Shown here: one piece after another, positions 36,882 through 45,936 of the stretch
Layout: each line of letters starts with the position of its first letter
Numbering within the stretch: the stretch's first letter is position 1
IMG/VR virus record: IMGVR_UViG_3300012204_000011
Coordinates: 1-53,112 of that record
Source: a virus
Taxonomy: Duplodnaviria; Caudoviricetes
Length of the DNA stretch: 53,112 nt
Reading direction: 5' to 3' (one strand)
Program-made: the position numbers and the translations under genes
Notes under the pieces: generated by a model
Seen by the model: only the letters and a program-made list of their open reading frames with translations
Databases searched by the model: none
What the model was told of the DNA's origin: nothing

Positions 36882-38051
36882 ATGCCGAACCGGGTGCTCC
36901 ATGAATCACTCCTCGACTCGCGCTCACTCGAGGTGCTCACCCCGCGCGCGCAGGACGCATTCCCGCGGTTCATCCTACTGGCCGACGACTTCGGATGCTT
37001 TGAGCTGAACGCTCGCGTCCTCTGGGCGAAGGGATGGTCCCGCCGGCCCGACGTCGCCGAGGAGGACGTGAGCGCATGGGTCGCGGAGTACGCCGAGCGT
37101 CAGGCCGGCGACCCGGAGACCGGGAAGCAACTCCCGCCGGTGCTCATGCTCTGGACGCACGCCGGCAGGCGCTACGCCTACCTCACGGGTTGGTTCGGCA
37201 CCCACGGGCAGAAGAAGCGGGTCGAGTACGACCCGAACGCGCCCTTGGGTACGCCCGGGCGTCACGGGTCGAAGCGGAAGACGCCGGCCCCTCCCGCCGG
37301 CCTCCTGGCCTTGGTGATGGCGGGAGATGTCCGGGCCATCGACGGGAAGCCGCCGGGAACGGACCGGGAGCCAACCGGAAACCGGGAGCCGGAAACCGTC
37401 AATAATTCCACTCCCGCACGGGAACCGACCGGGAACACAACGGGAGACAACCGGGAAGCGAGCGGTTCCCGGGAGTTTCCCGCCCCCGCAGTTCCAGTCG
37501 CAGTCGCAGTTCCAGTCGCAGAAGAGACGTTTGCGCCGAGCCCTTCGGACTCGACGCCCCACTCGCCTGGACCGGAGGAGGAAACTGGGCCGGTCAAGTC
37601 CGACGCCGCGCGGGCGAACGCGGCCAGCGGGGGGGAGCGACCCGCAGCGACGGACGGCGGAGATGCCGCCTTGGCCGGGATGGCCAGGGAGACACGTGGC
37701 GCCGCCGGACCGTCGCGCCCGCCGGACCTGTCGCCGGTGGTGCTGGCGCTGCCATGCACCGGCACAGGGCCTCGCGAGTACGCCGTCACCGAGGCGCAGG
37801 TCGAGAAGTGGCAGGCGGCGTTCCCGGGCATCGACGTCGCGGCCGAGATCCGGAAGGCGCGCGTCTGGCTCGAGGCGAACCCGACGCGCGTGAAGACGCA
37901 TCGCGGGATCCCGGCGTTCGTCGTGCGCTGGCTCTCGTCCGCGCAAGACCGCGGCGGAGGCGGGGCGCGCCCCCGGGCACCGGCGAGGCGGCCAGGCATG
38001 GCGGCGATGGGCAGCGCGGCGGCATTCGCGAAGGACGAGAAACCGTGGTGA
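36882..38051 (+). CDS. Phage replication initiator protein
   Basis: MPNRVL..S..L..AQDAF..FILLADDFG N-terminus; internal iterons; C-terminal FPGIDVAAEIRKARVWLEANPTR..F..RWLSSAQD. Confidence 0.8.
   Translation: MPNRVLHESLLDSRSLEVLTPRAQDAFPRFILLADDFGCFELNARVLWAKGWSRRPDVAEEDVSAWVAEYAERQAGDPETGKQLPPVLMLWTHAGRRYAYLTGWFGTHGQKKRVEYDPNAPLGTPGRHGSKRKTPAPPAGLLALVMAGDVRAIDGKPPGTDREPTGNREPETVNNSTPAREPTGNTTGDNREASGSREFPAPAVPVAVAVPVAEETFAPSPSDSTPHSPGPEEETGPVKSDAARANAASGGERPAATDGGDAALAGMARETRGAAGPSRPPDLSPVVLALPCTGTGPREYAVTEAQVEKWQAAFPGIDVAAEIRKARVWLEANPTRVKTHRGIPAFVVRWLSSAQDRGGGGARPRAPARRPGMAAMGSAAAFAKDEKPW
37343..37458 (+). repeat. Iteron array, probable replication origin
   Basis: CGG(G/A)A units at 37343, 37354, 37365, 37376 and 37419, 37430, 37441, 37452 (11-bp period) flanking AATAATT. 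Confidence 0.7.
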
Positions 38052-38746
38052 CGGAGGTGGGCATGGAGACGCTGAGCACGAAATTCCGGGAGTGGGCCGA
38101 GCGGATGGCCGAGCGGAACGGCGACCCGGAGTATCAGCGCCACGCCGCGAGGCTGGCGACCGAACTCCGCGACTTCGAGGCGTTCACCGTAGCGCGGGAG
38201 CGGCGGGCCCGTCTGTTGCGCTCGGGTGTCCCCGAGGAGCATTGGGCGGCACTCGATTCGCCCCGGGAGTGCGGGGCGACGATCGCGATCCGCGGCTTCC
38301 TCGCGGCCGCGCCGGAGTTCCGTCTCCTCGTCCTCGCTGGGGTCGCCGGCCAGGGTAAGTCGTTCGCCCTCGCGTGGGCGGTGCATGCGAGAGGCGGGCA
38401 GTTCGTGAACCTGCACGAGCTCGCGACGGCGTCGAGCTTCGATGACGAATTCTGGGACCGCCTGGAATCGGCGCCGGTGCTCGCACTCGACGAACTCGGC
38501 GGCGAGAAGATGCACGATGCCTTCGAGTCGCGGCTCTACGGCCTGCTGAACGCCCGGTACCAGCGGAACCGGAAGACGGTTATCGCGACGAACCTCCTCG
38601 CCGACCAGTTCCGCGAACGCTACCTAGCGAACGGGCTCGAGCGGCTCGCCGATCGCCTGCGCACGGCGGCCGAATGGGTGAACCTCGCGGGCCCGTCGAT
38701 GCGTGTCCCTTGGCGGGAAGCGGCGAAGGCCGAGGGGCGGCCGTGA
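38048..38746 (+). CDS. DnaC/IstB-like helicase loader ATPase
   Basis: GVAGQGKS, LALDELG, NARY..TVIATN, RLADRL, GPSMR. Confidence 0.85.
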   Translation: MTEVGMETLSTKFREWAERMAERNGDPEYQRHAARLATELRDFEAFTVARERRARLLRSGVPEEHWAALDSPRECGATIAIRGFLAAAPEFRLLVLAGVAGQGKSFALAWAVHARGGQFVNLHELATASSFDDEFWDRLESAPVLALDELGGEKMHDAFESRLYGLLNARYQRNRKTVIATNLLADQFRERYLANGLERLADRLRTAAEWVNLAGPSMRVPWREAAKAEGRP

Positions 38747-38910
38747 TGGCGCGCCGTTCGTGGCTGGAGGGGCTCGTCACGCGGTTGCGCTGGTGGCTCA
38801 TGTGTAACCACCCGGTGCGTCACCTGCCGTCGCTACCGGCGAAAGACGAACCGGTGAGACCGCGGCTGCGGGCGGTGGGGAAGCTCGAGCCCCGGAGGCG
38901 CACGCCGTGA
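38746..38910 (+). CDS. Small hypothetical protein
   Basis: Coupled at both ends. Confidence 0.45.
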   Translation: MARRSWLEGLVTRLRWWLMCNHPVRHLPSLPAKDEPVRPRLRAVGKLEPRRRTP

Positions 38911-39125
38911 CCGGTGCGATCGAGCGGCTACAGGGCATGGCGCGGCGCGCGCGAGCGGCCGCGGAGCTGGCGGCGCCCGTCGACCCGATCGGCGCGGCGA
39001 TTCTCCATGACGCGGCCGTCGACTACGACGGCGCGGCGTTGAAGGCCGCGCATGCTCGCGAGAAGTGGATCGTCTATCTGCGGCGCGGTGGGCGCGTCGC
39101 GACGAAAAGGGGAAGGGCCGCATGA
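38907..39125 (+). CDS. Hypothetical protein
   Basis: Coupled at both ends. Confidence 0.5.
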   Translation: MTGAIERLQGMARRARAAAELAAPVDPIGAAILHDAAVDYDGAALKAAHAREKWIVYLRRGGRVATKRGRAA

Positions 39126-39292
39126 TTCCGACGAAGGAGATCGACGCCGCGGAGCCGGCGAAGGATCTGGAGCGCGACGAGGAAGGGCGGCCGCTCGCGT
39201 GCGTGCGGATGCCGCAGGCGAAGTGCGAGGCGCGAAGCGACTGCCGTGGCTGCCCCGGATACCCGGGCCTCGCGCGAGGAGCGCGGGCGTGA
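39122..39292 (+). CDS. Small Cys-rich protein
   Basis: Coupled; C..C..CRGC. Confidence 0.45.
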   Translation: MIPTKEIDAAEPAKDLERDEEGRPLACVRMPQAKCEARSDCRGCPGYPGLARGARA

Positions 39293-39744
39293 CCGTGCTC
39301 CGGTACGTCGTGCCCGTGAAGCCGCTCGGGGTGAACGAGATGTACCAGCCGCTCCCAAACGGCGGGAAGCGGAAGAGCGCGGAGGGGGTCGCCTTCGCCG
39401 GCGCGCTCGCCGCGTTCGGGCTGAAGGCGCGCAACCGCGCGCGCCTCGAGCCGATGACGTGCAAGGTCGACGTGCTCGTCACGTACTACTTTCAGAACGA
39501 GCGCCCAGACTCCGACGGCCCCGACAAGGCGGTGCTCGACTCGCTCCAGACCTCGCGAGCGCATCGCCACCCGGCGCACCGCCGTGTCGGCGCGGGCATT
39601 ATCGAGAACGACCGCCAGGTGCGGGACCGCCACTTCCGTCGCCGGATCGACCAGGCGAAGCCCCGCGTCGAGATCACGGTGGGCCCGACCGGCGAGGTGT
39701 TCTCCATGTCCGAGTTGCTCGAGCAGGAACTCGCGACGCCATGA
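39289..39744 (+). CDS. rusA: RusA-like Holliday junction resolvase
   Basis: PLGVNEMY, RPDSDGPDKAVLDSLQ, GIIENDRQV, PRVEITV. Confidence 0.8.
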   Translation: MTVLRYVVPVKPLGVNEMYQPLPNGGKRKSAEGVAFAGALAAFGLKARNRARLEPMTCKVDVLVTYYFQNERPDSDGPDKAVLDSLQTSRAHRHPAHRRVGAGIIENDRQVRDRHFRRRIDQAKPRVEITVGPTGEVFSMSELLEQELATP

Positions 39745-41511
39745 GCGACCCACGTCTCGACGTCCTGTTCCGCTGCGAGGAACTCGGCAAGGACCTCGCG
39801 CAGAAGCACTGCCTGCGCCGCCAGCTCGAGCGGAAGCAGACGCAGCACCCGCGGACGATAAAGAGCCAGGCGGGGCCGCCACGGAATGGGTACTGCGCAA
39901 CGGCGTGTGGTCAGGGCCGCGCGGTGAAGGCCGAGCTCGGGGACGTCCCCGCCGGCTCCTGCAACGCATGCGGGACCGCGTACATCGGTCTCGACGCGGC
40001 CGCGGCGCCATGCGGGACGTGCGCGGCGAAGATCGTGGACGCGGGCAAGGCGCCGGTGTGCGGGTTCCTGCCGTCAGCGCGCGGCGCGCCGCCCCAGGAA
40101 CGGATCTGGGAGAAGGGCGGGGTGCCCGAGGTCGCGATCGGCGTCGGCGTGGTGGTGCGGGACGTGGGGCTCACGCCGGAGGACGTCGCCGCGACCGCCG
40201 CGCGGGTCCGCGAGGCGACGAGCCGCCCGAAGGTGAGCGCGCCGCGCGCGCGGGCCTCTCGCGCGGAGGCGAAGGAACCTCGGTTCTGCGCGGACGGGTG
40301 CGGGCTCGAGCTGACGGGGAACTGGAACCGCACGGGCTACTCGTCCGACTGCCCGAACCGGAAGAAGGACCTCTACCCCGACGGTGTCGCGCGGACGGAC
40401 GCGAGCGCGGACACCGAGCCGGACAACCGCGAGGACGAGATCGAGGGCAACGCCGCGGAAACACAAGAAGAAGAGCCGGACACCTCGGTGGACGAACCGG
40501 CGGACGCGAAGCTGCCCGCGCTTCGCACGGCCGACCCGCTCGCTGCCGCGCTCGCGGACCGCACGCGCCGCACCCACGCCGAGCGGCTCGCCGCCGACGA
40601 GCGGATGCGCGCGCTCGTCGGATGGAGGGGGCAGGACGCCGAGGAGATCGCGGCGAGCTCCGACGCGGCGCTCCTCGCGCGGCGCGCCGCTGCGCCGACG
40701 CGTTCCTTTACCCCTGGCACGAATCAACCAATCGCCAAGCCCGGGCGCGTTTTGTCAACCGACGGCGCGCGCCGGACCTCCTATTTTGAGGGCGACAAAA
40801 GGGAACTGCAGGCGTCGCCGACCGGCTCAAGTGGAGCGACGTCCGCCGGGGCGGAGGAGCGCCGCACGCCGCCTCATGTCGGCCCCGGAAAACGAGCAGA
40901 GGCTCCCGCGACCCAGGCGCAGCGCGTCACACCCACACTCGCGCTCGCGGCGATGGCGTGGGTGACGCGGCACGGCTCGCCGGCGTTCCGGGACCTGCTC
41001 GAGCGCTACCACGCGACCCGTCTCGTCGACGTCCCCGAGGCCCGCCGCGACGACTTCCATGGCCGAGCTGACGAAGGACCAACCGCCGGCGACGCCGGCC
41101 CAGGAGAAGAGCATGGCACCTCACCCCCCGTGCCCCGGCTGCCAGAGCGGCGGGCGCTGCAAGAAGACCTGCACCCTGCGCGCTGCGGCGCGCAAGAAGG
41201 CAGCCGCGCTCTGCGGCGAGACGTCGCCGGCAAAGGCCCCTGCTCCGAAGAAGCTCCCCGCGGGGCGGAAGCTGAAGCCGGCGAAGGTGAGGGCGCTGCC
41301 GCGCCGTCCCGCGCCGCGGCGGCTCGGCCCCCCGAAGGTGCCGCTGCGGACGGCGCCGGCGCGCGACGCGAAGGTCCTCCCGATCGCCCAGCTCACCGAG
41401 GCCGAGCTGGCGCAGTCGATCACGCAGTGCCGCGCCGAGTTGCTCGAGCGGAAGAGGGCCCACGCGGAGGCCATCGCGAAGATCGAGAAGGCGATCGGGG
41501 ACGCGGCGTGA
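39741..41511 (+). CDS. Large Cys-rich hypothetical protein, probably frameshifted at ~41058
   Basis: Coding-like frame to DVPEARRDDF then continues as MAELTKDQ in the +1 frame (41059-41511). Confidence 0.5.
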
Positions 41512-41831
41512 GGCGGCGCTCGGCAGAGGCGGCGATGGCTGACTTCGAGCGCCAGGAGGCAGCCCAGCGGCGCGCCGTGCAGGACCACGTCGCGCTCGTA
41601 CACCTCGCGGTCGTCGACGGGCTCGCGACGATCGGGCGGTGGCGCGAGCAGCGGCGCCTCGGCGAGGACGCGCCCGAGGTGTCGTGGTGGTCGAAGCTCG
41701 GCCCCCTGAACCGGGTCGAGAGGATCGTCGCGCGCGAGTTGGTCTCGGACCGGGTGACGTTCGAGTGCTCGGCGCCGGGGCCGAAGGAGTGGGAGGCGAG
41801 GCTCTCGCCGTTCGCAGGAGGGGTGGCATGA
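41508..41831 (+). CDS. Hypothetical protein
   Basis: GTGA-coupled. Confidence 0.55.
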   Translation: MRRRSAEAAMADFERQEAAQRRAVQDHVALVHLAVVDGLATIGRWREQRRLGEDAPEVSWWSKLGPLNRVERIVARELVSDRVTFECSAPGPKEWEARLSPFAGGVA

Positions 41832-42625
41832 ACACGGTGACGATCGATGTCGAAGGGCTGCCGAACGAGACGGCGCGGCGCCTGGCGCGCGAGGTAGAGG
41901 ACCTCGTCGCGCACGCGCGCGCGAAGGCCGCCGCAACGCCGGCGGGCAGGGAGCACGCGAAGCGGTACCGGGCAATGGAAGCGCTCGCCGCCGTCCTCGC
42001 CTCGCCGACGAGCACCGGCTCCGACGTCGTCGAGGCGTTCAACGCCGCGGCGCGCGCGTGCGGAGACGGACCGTTCGTCACGCGTCACGAGGTGGACCGC
42101 GGCGTCGGGCGCTGGGAGATCGGGCTGCGCAACATCGTCACGATCCTCCTCGGGCCCGACAAGAAGTTCGAGATCGCCGACGTCGTCGAGCAGGTGCGGG
42201 CGCTGGCAGCCGACAAGGCGGCGGCTCGGGCGCGCATCGAGGAGGCCCGGAGCGCGATGGATGTGCGCGGGCGCCACGCCGTCATCCTCGAGGTGCCGTC
42301 GGCGCGGAGCATCGAGAGCGTCGAGCGCGAGCTCCTCGGGGCGCGCGACCTATCGGAGCGCCGCTCGATCGAGATCCTCGCGCGGATCGAGGAGCGAGAA
42401 CGCATCGTGGATGCGATGCCCGAGGGCTTCGGCGCGCCGCCGCTGGCGGAAGCCGTGGAGCGCCTCGTGCGCGACCGCGAGTCGGAGCGCGCTTGCCGAG
42501 CGAGCGCGCTCGAGAACCTCGCCCGCACGGAGCGGCAGCTTGCCGACGCGCGCCGTGACCGCGATGCGCTCCGCGAGAAGCTGAGGCTCATCGCGGCCGC
42601 AGCCGCGGACGGAGCGGCGGCGTGA
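41828..42625 (+). CDS. Hypothetical coiled-coil protein
   Basis: AGGAGG RBS; coupled. Confidence 0.65.
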   Translation: MNTVTIDVEGLPNETARRLAREVEDLVAHARAKAAATPAGREHAKRYRAMEALAAVLASPTSTGSDVVEAFNAAARACGDGPFVTRHEVDRGVGRWEIGLRNIVTILLGPDKKFEIADVVEQVRALAADKAAARARIEEARSAMDVRGRHAVILEVPSARSIESVERELLGARDLSERRSIEILARIEERERIVDAMPEGFGAPPLAEAVERLVRDRESERACRASALENLARTERQLADARRDRDALREKLRLIAAAAADGAAA

Positions 42626-42825
42626 CAGGCCCCGAGCTCGAGCGGAACGTGGTCGCGACATTGGGCTTGGCGATCATCGCCGGGCGCGAGGACCACCGCT
42701 TCGCCGAGCTCGGAGGCAACGCGGTGCTCCTCCTCGAGCTCATCCATGAAGCGGGCGGGCTCGAGGAGCTGGTGATGCGGTGCATGGCGCAGGGGACGAC
42801 GGCGCGCAGGTCGGCGGGAGGGTGA
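42622..42825 (+). CDS. Hypothetical protein
   Basis: Coupled. Confidence 0.5.
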   Translation: MTGPELERNVVATLGLAIIAGREDHRFAELGGNAVLLLELIHEAGGLEELVMRCMAQGTTARRSAGG

Positions 42826-42829
42826 TGGG

Positions 42830-43471
42830 ATGGCGTTGGCGAACCGCATCGAGCAGGACCTCCGGGCACTCCTCGACGCCGTCGAGAAGAAGAAGCCCGG
42901 AGTGGAGCAGCGGCGCCTCGCAGCGTCGGTCCGCGAGCACCTCGTGGCGAGGCAGGAGCGCGAGGCCGAGAGGAAGCGGAAGCTCCAGGAGCGCCAGGGC
43001 TACACGCTGCGGATGCGGCTGCGGGTCCTGGACGCTCGCGGGATACCGAGCGAGACGGTGCCGCCGGCTGGCCCGGTCTGGGAGACCGACTACTTCCGCT
43101 GCGCGCACTTCTCGAGCTGCCTCGTCGATGTGAAGACCTGCATGCTCCGCCAGGGCGCGAAGTGGCCGGGCGGGAACCGGCTGAAGGATGGGTCGGTGCG
43201 CGAGAAGAAGGCGAAGGTGCACCCGTACTGCGGGAGCGGGAAGTGCGATCAGGGGCACGACCTCGCGATGCGCTGCGCCTTCCGCCCGGAGTCGGTGTGG
43301 ACGAAGGGGCGGTACAAGTTCTACCGCCCGGACTCGCACCTCCAGCGCGAGGCGGCGAAGAAGCTGCGGGCGGAGGCGCCGCCCGAGGAGGGCGAACGCG
43401 CCGAGCTGACGCCATTCCAAGAGGTCGCAGCCATGACGAAGGACGACCCGGTGATGCCGGGAGGAGTGTAG
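42830..43471 (+). CDS. Hypothetical basic Cys-containing protein
   Basis: FRCAHF..C..C...HPYCGSGKCDQG resembles the N-terminus of the 39741 protein (FRCEEL..C...YCATACGQG). Confidence 0.6.
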   Translation: MALANRIEQDLRALLDAVEKKKPGVEQRRLAASVREHLVARQEREAERKRKLQERQGYTLRMRLRVLDARGIPSETVPPAGPVWETDYFRCAHFSSCLVDVKTCMLRQGAKWPGGNRLKDGSVREKKAKVHPYCGSGKCDQGHDLAMRCAFRPESVWTKGRYKFYRPDSHLQREAAKKLRAEAPPEEGERAELTPFQEVAAMTKDDPVMPGGV

Positions 43472-43474
43472 GCC

Positions 43475-43759
43475 ATGGGCGTGTTCGTGGAGGTGACGGA
43501 CAAGTGCGAGCGGTGCGGTGCGGAGGCGATGGCGCGCGCCGAGTTGCTGCCGGACGGGCGCCTTCAGCCCGTCTCGCCGATCCCGGCGGACGCGAGCGAT
43601 CGGCACTGGACCGTGATCTGCGTGCCGCGCGGTGCGCCGACCGAGAAGGACCCAATGCCGCGGCACTGGCGCGCCTACTGCGACCGCGTTCGCTGTCACG
43701 AGGCGTATCTCGAGGCCGTGAAGCGCGAGGATGATCGCGCGGCGGAGGTGGCCCCGTGA
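43475..43759 (+). CDS. Zn-finger protein
   Basis: CERC...YCDRVRC. Confidence 0.6.
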   Translation: MGVFVEVTDKCERCGAEAMARAELLPDGRLQPVSPIPADASDRHWTVICVPRGAPTEKDPMPRHWRAYCDRVRCHEAYLEAVKREDDRAAEVAP

Positions 43760-43965
43760 AGGCGCTCTACGCGACATGCGGGATGTGCGGCGAGGAGCTC
43801 GGGCTCTCCTTCGACGAGGAGAAGCCGAAGCACGAGGCCGCGGCGAGGAAGGCGCTCGAGATCGCTGCGGAGCGGCATCGGGCCGCGTGCGGAGGAGACT
43901 TCACCTTCCGCGGGCCGGAGCCGTACGCGCCGGCGCCGCGCGGCGGGCGGGGGGGACGGACATGA
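43756..43965 (+). CDS. Small Zn-finger protein
   Basis: CGMC...H..C. Confidence 0.55.
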   Translation: MKALYATCGMCGEELGLSFDEEKPKHEAAARKALEIAAERHRAACGGDFTFRGPEPYAPAPRGGRGGRT

Positions 43966-44543
43966 AGGCGAAGCTCGACGTCCGGTCGCGCATCGTGGGG
44001 CATGGCGAGGAGGCCCCGGAGCAGCTCCTCGCCAACCCGGCAAACTTCAGGCGTCACCCAGCCGAGCAGCAGGCGGCGCTGCGCGGGTCCCTGAAGGAGC
44101 TCGGCTGGGTCCGCTCCATCATCGTGAACAAGCGGACGGGCTACGTGGTCGACGGCCACGCCCGGATCGAGGAGGCGATGCGGCAGGGCCTCGCGGCCGT
44201 GCCGGTCGAGTACGTCGACCTCTCGCCCGAGGAGGAGAAGCTCGCGCTCGCCGTACTCGACCCGATCACGGAGATGGCGAAGCAGGATGACGAGGCGCTC
44301 GCGGCGCTCCTAGCCGAGGTCGAGACCGAGGACGAGGCGCTGCGCGAGATGCTCGCGGGGATGGAGAGCGAGCCGGCCGAGAAGGTCCAGGTGCAGGAGG
44401 TCGACGTGTCCGACGTCCAGGATCGATTCTGGATGAGCGTGCGCGGTCCGCTCCCGCAGCAGGTTGCCGTGCTCGAGAAGCTGCGCGCGATGCTCGACGA
44501 GCTCCCCGGTGTCGAGGTGGAACTTGGCACCACCGACGGTTGA
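43962..44543 (+). CDS. ParB/Sulfiredoxin-like N-terminal domain protein
   Basis: NPANFRRH..QQAALRGSLKELGW..IIVN..VVDGHAR. Confidence 0.85.
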   Translation: MKAKLDVRSRIVGHGEEAPEQLLANPANFRRHPAEQQAALRGSLKELGWVRSIIVNKRTGYVVDGHARIEEAMRQGLAAVPVEYVDLSPEEEKLALAVLDPITEMAKQDDEALAALLAEVETEDEALREMLAGMESEPAEKVQVQEVDVSDVQDRFWMSVRGPLPQQVAVLEKLRAMLDELPGVEVELGTTDG

Positions 44544-45042
44544 CCCCGTGACGCGATTTTGGGCGCTGACGACGCCCGAACCGAACACCGGGTGCTGGCT
44601 ATGGGCGGGAAGTTGCGACCGCAAGGGATACGGCTCGTTCAAGGCAGGCCCGGGCCGTACCGTGCGCGCGAACCGCTTCTCGCTCGAGCTGAAGTTGGGC
44701 AGGAAGCTCACGTCCGACGAGGAGGCGGCCCACTCGTGCGACACGCCCGGCTGCGTCGGATGGGACCATCTGTTCGCGGCGACCCGGCAGGAGAACGAAG
44801 ACGATAAGACGGCGAAGGGGCGCCGGCCGCACGAGGATCGGATACCGCCGGACCGTCGCGCCCGTGGTGTGCGAATCGGGACGGCGAAATTGGACGCCGC
44901 AGACGTGGCGGAGATCCGCAGGCGGTACAGGGACGGGAACGTCACGAAGCGCGACCTCGGCGCGGAGTTCGGGGTCAGCGATCGGCACGTGGGGGGCATC
45001 GTGCGCGGCGAGTTCTGGAAGACGGAGGCGACCGATGGATAG
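44524..45042 (+). CDS. HNH homing endonuclease with C-terminal HTH
   Basis: RFW..PEPNTGCWLW..GYG..ANRFS..AHSCDTPGCV..HL..T..EN; AKLD..VAEIRRRY; start uncertain. Confidence 0.85.
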   Translation: MAPPTVDPVTRFWALTTPEPNTGCWLWAGSCDRKGYGSFKAGPGRTVRANRFSLELKLGRKLTSDEEAAHSCDTPGCVGWDHLFAATRQENEDDKTAKGRRPHEDRIPPDRRARGVRIGTAKLDAADVAEIRRRYRDGNVTKRDLGAEFGVSDRHVGGIVRGEFWKTEATDG

Positions 45043-45739
45043 GGCGGGGAAGTCGAAGGACTGGTTCAAGGCCGGCGCCGCGCGGGTGGCGAAGGTCGAG
45101 AACAATCCGTTGGCGCTCGCGGCGAAGCTCGAGCTGCGCGAGAACGTGCTCGCGGAGGTGGCGCAGGCGCACGTCTTCGACGCGTTCTGCGGGGGCGGGG
45201 TGGGCGGGGCGGCGATGTACCGCGGCGTGTGGGCGAAGGCGGCGAGCTGGGTCGGCTGCGATGGCCGCCCCTGGGACCCGAGGATCGATCCGCCGCGGTT
45301 CGTCGCGGACAACCGCCGGGTCCTGCGCTGCCTCGACCTCCAGGCGTTTAACGTATTCGACTTCGACGCGTTCGGCTCCCCCTGGGAGCAGATGCTCATC
45401 CTCGCGGCGCGCCGGCGCTGGGCGCCCGGGGAGCTCGGCGCGGTGGTCGTGACCGACGGCTCGAACCTCCAGATGCGTGTCGGCGGCATCCCGCGCGCCA
45501 TCGCGCAGATCGTCGGGATGGAGAGGCTCCAGGGCATCCCGAGCATCTCGATCGCGCACGACCTTCAGCAGATGGCGTTGCGGGCGTGGGCGCCGAAGGC
45601 GGGGGTGGTCCCGCGGCGGGTGTGGGTCGCGAAGGGGCGCCACGCCGCGCACAACGGGAAGTCCGGCGGCGCGGACATGCTCTACATGGCGATGGTCTTC
45701 TCCGGAGCCGAGCCGCCGCCGGCGGGGAGCGACGCCTGA
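45035..45739 (+). CDS. SAM-dependent methyltransferase-fold protein
   Basis: VFDAFCGGG (motif I), VGCD, FDFDAFGSPW, VTDG. Confidence 0.7.
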   Translation: MDRAGKSKDWFKAGAARVAKVENNPLALAAKLELRENVLAEVAQAHVFDAFCGGGVGGAAMYRGVWAKAASWVGCDGRPWDPRIDPPRFVADNRRVLRCLDLQAFNVFDFDAFGSPWEQMLILAARRRWAPGELGAVVVTDGSNLQMRVGGIPRAIAQIVGMERLQGIPSISIAHDLQQMALRAWAPKAGVVPRRVWVAKGRHAAHNGKSGGADMLYMAMVFSGAEPPPAGSDA

Positions 45740-45753
45740 TGCTCGGCGAGATC

Positions 45754-45927
45754 CTAGGCGGGCGCGCGCGCGGCGATCCTAGCGATACGCGCGCGCTCGC
45801 GGGTGACGCGCTCGCACACGCGGCACGGCGGGACGTAGCCAACGAGGCCGGTGGCGGGGGGCGGCGCGGGGCGGCCGCACAGGGTCCGCCCTGGAACCTC
45901 GGGGTCGACGAAGTGCTGGGCGGCGAT
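45754..45927 (-). CDS. Small Zn-ribbon protein with apparent ATC start
   Basis: AGGAGG-gcgcc-ATC; QHF...TLCG...CRVC. Confidence 0.45.
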   Translation of the reverse strand: MAAQHFVDPEVPGRTLCGRPAPPPATGLVGYVPPCRVCERVTRERARIARIAARAPA

Positions 45928-45936
45928 GGCGCCCTC

